This document shows, piece by piece, positions 63,984 to 64,000 of a DNA stretch of 64,000 nt; the stretch's first letter is position 1, and every line of letters starts with the position of its first letter. Under the pieces are notes generated by a model that did no database searches, was not told the DNA's origin, and was given only the letters and a program-made list of their open reading frames with translations. The stretch is from the human T2T-CHM13v2.0 reference genome, Homo sapiens: NCBI RefSeq assembly GCF_009914755.1, contig NC_060933.1, one strand, 5' to 3'. A program made the translations under genes and the position numbers.

Positions 63984-64000
63984 ATAACAGGCCCCTGGCG
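63984..64000 (+). CDS. GTF3C5: GTF3C5 coding exon 6 (start; truncated by window end)
   Basis: Polypyrimidine tract and cccag|ATA ACA GGC CCC TGG CG (ITGPWR) continue YYM in frame. Confidence 0.85.

Overview
Human (or closely related great-ape) genomic DNA, recognisable as the GFI1B-GTF3C5 interval (9q34 in human), with both genes on the + strand. It holds the last four coding exons and 3'UTR of GFI1B (137-~3630). A ~37 kb intergenic region follows: its first half carries several GATA/E-box/ETS/GFI/octamer motif clusters (candidate GFI1B 3' enhancers), and its second half is dense in Alu, L1, MaLR, Tigger1 and LTR13 repeats. Then come the CpG-island promoter and coding exons 1-5 plus the start of exon 6 of GTF3C5 (TFIIIC63). 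GTF3C5 intron 1 contains an antisense, gag-less HERV-I/HERVIP10 (LTR10) provirus inserted 21 nt after the exon 1 donor, with a triple LTR>Alu>LTR nest and a fold-back hairpin at its deletion junction. The more unusual observations are several short locally templated duplications (including a 35-bp inverted copy bracketing GTF3C5 exon 2), twin LTR13 solo LTRs flanking the promoter, a GC-AG intron, and the apparent absence of the EEF1A1P5 retrocopy I recall lying in this interval of the human reference. I found no convincing novel protein-coding system. Repeat family names and motif calls were made by eye, without database searches.
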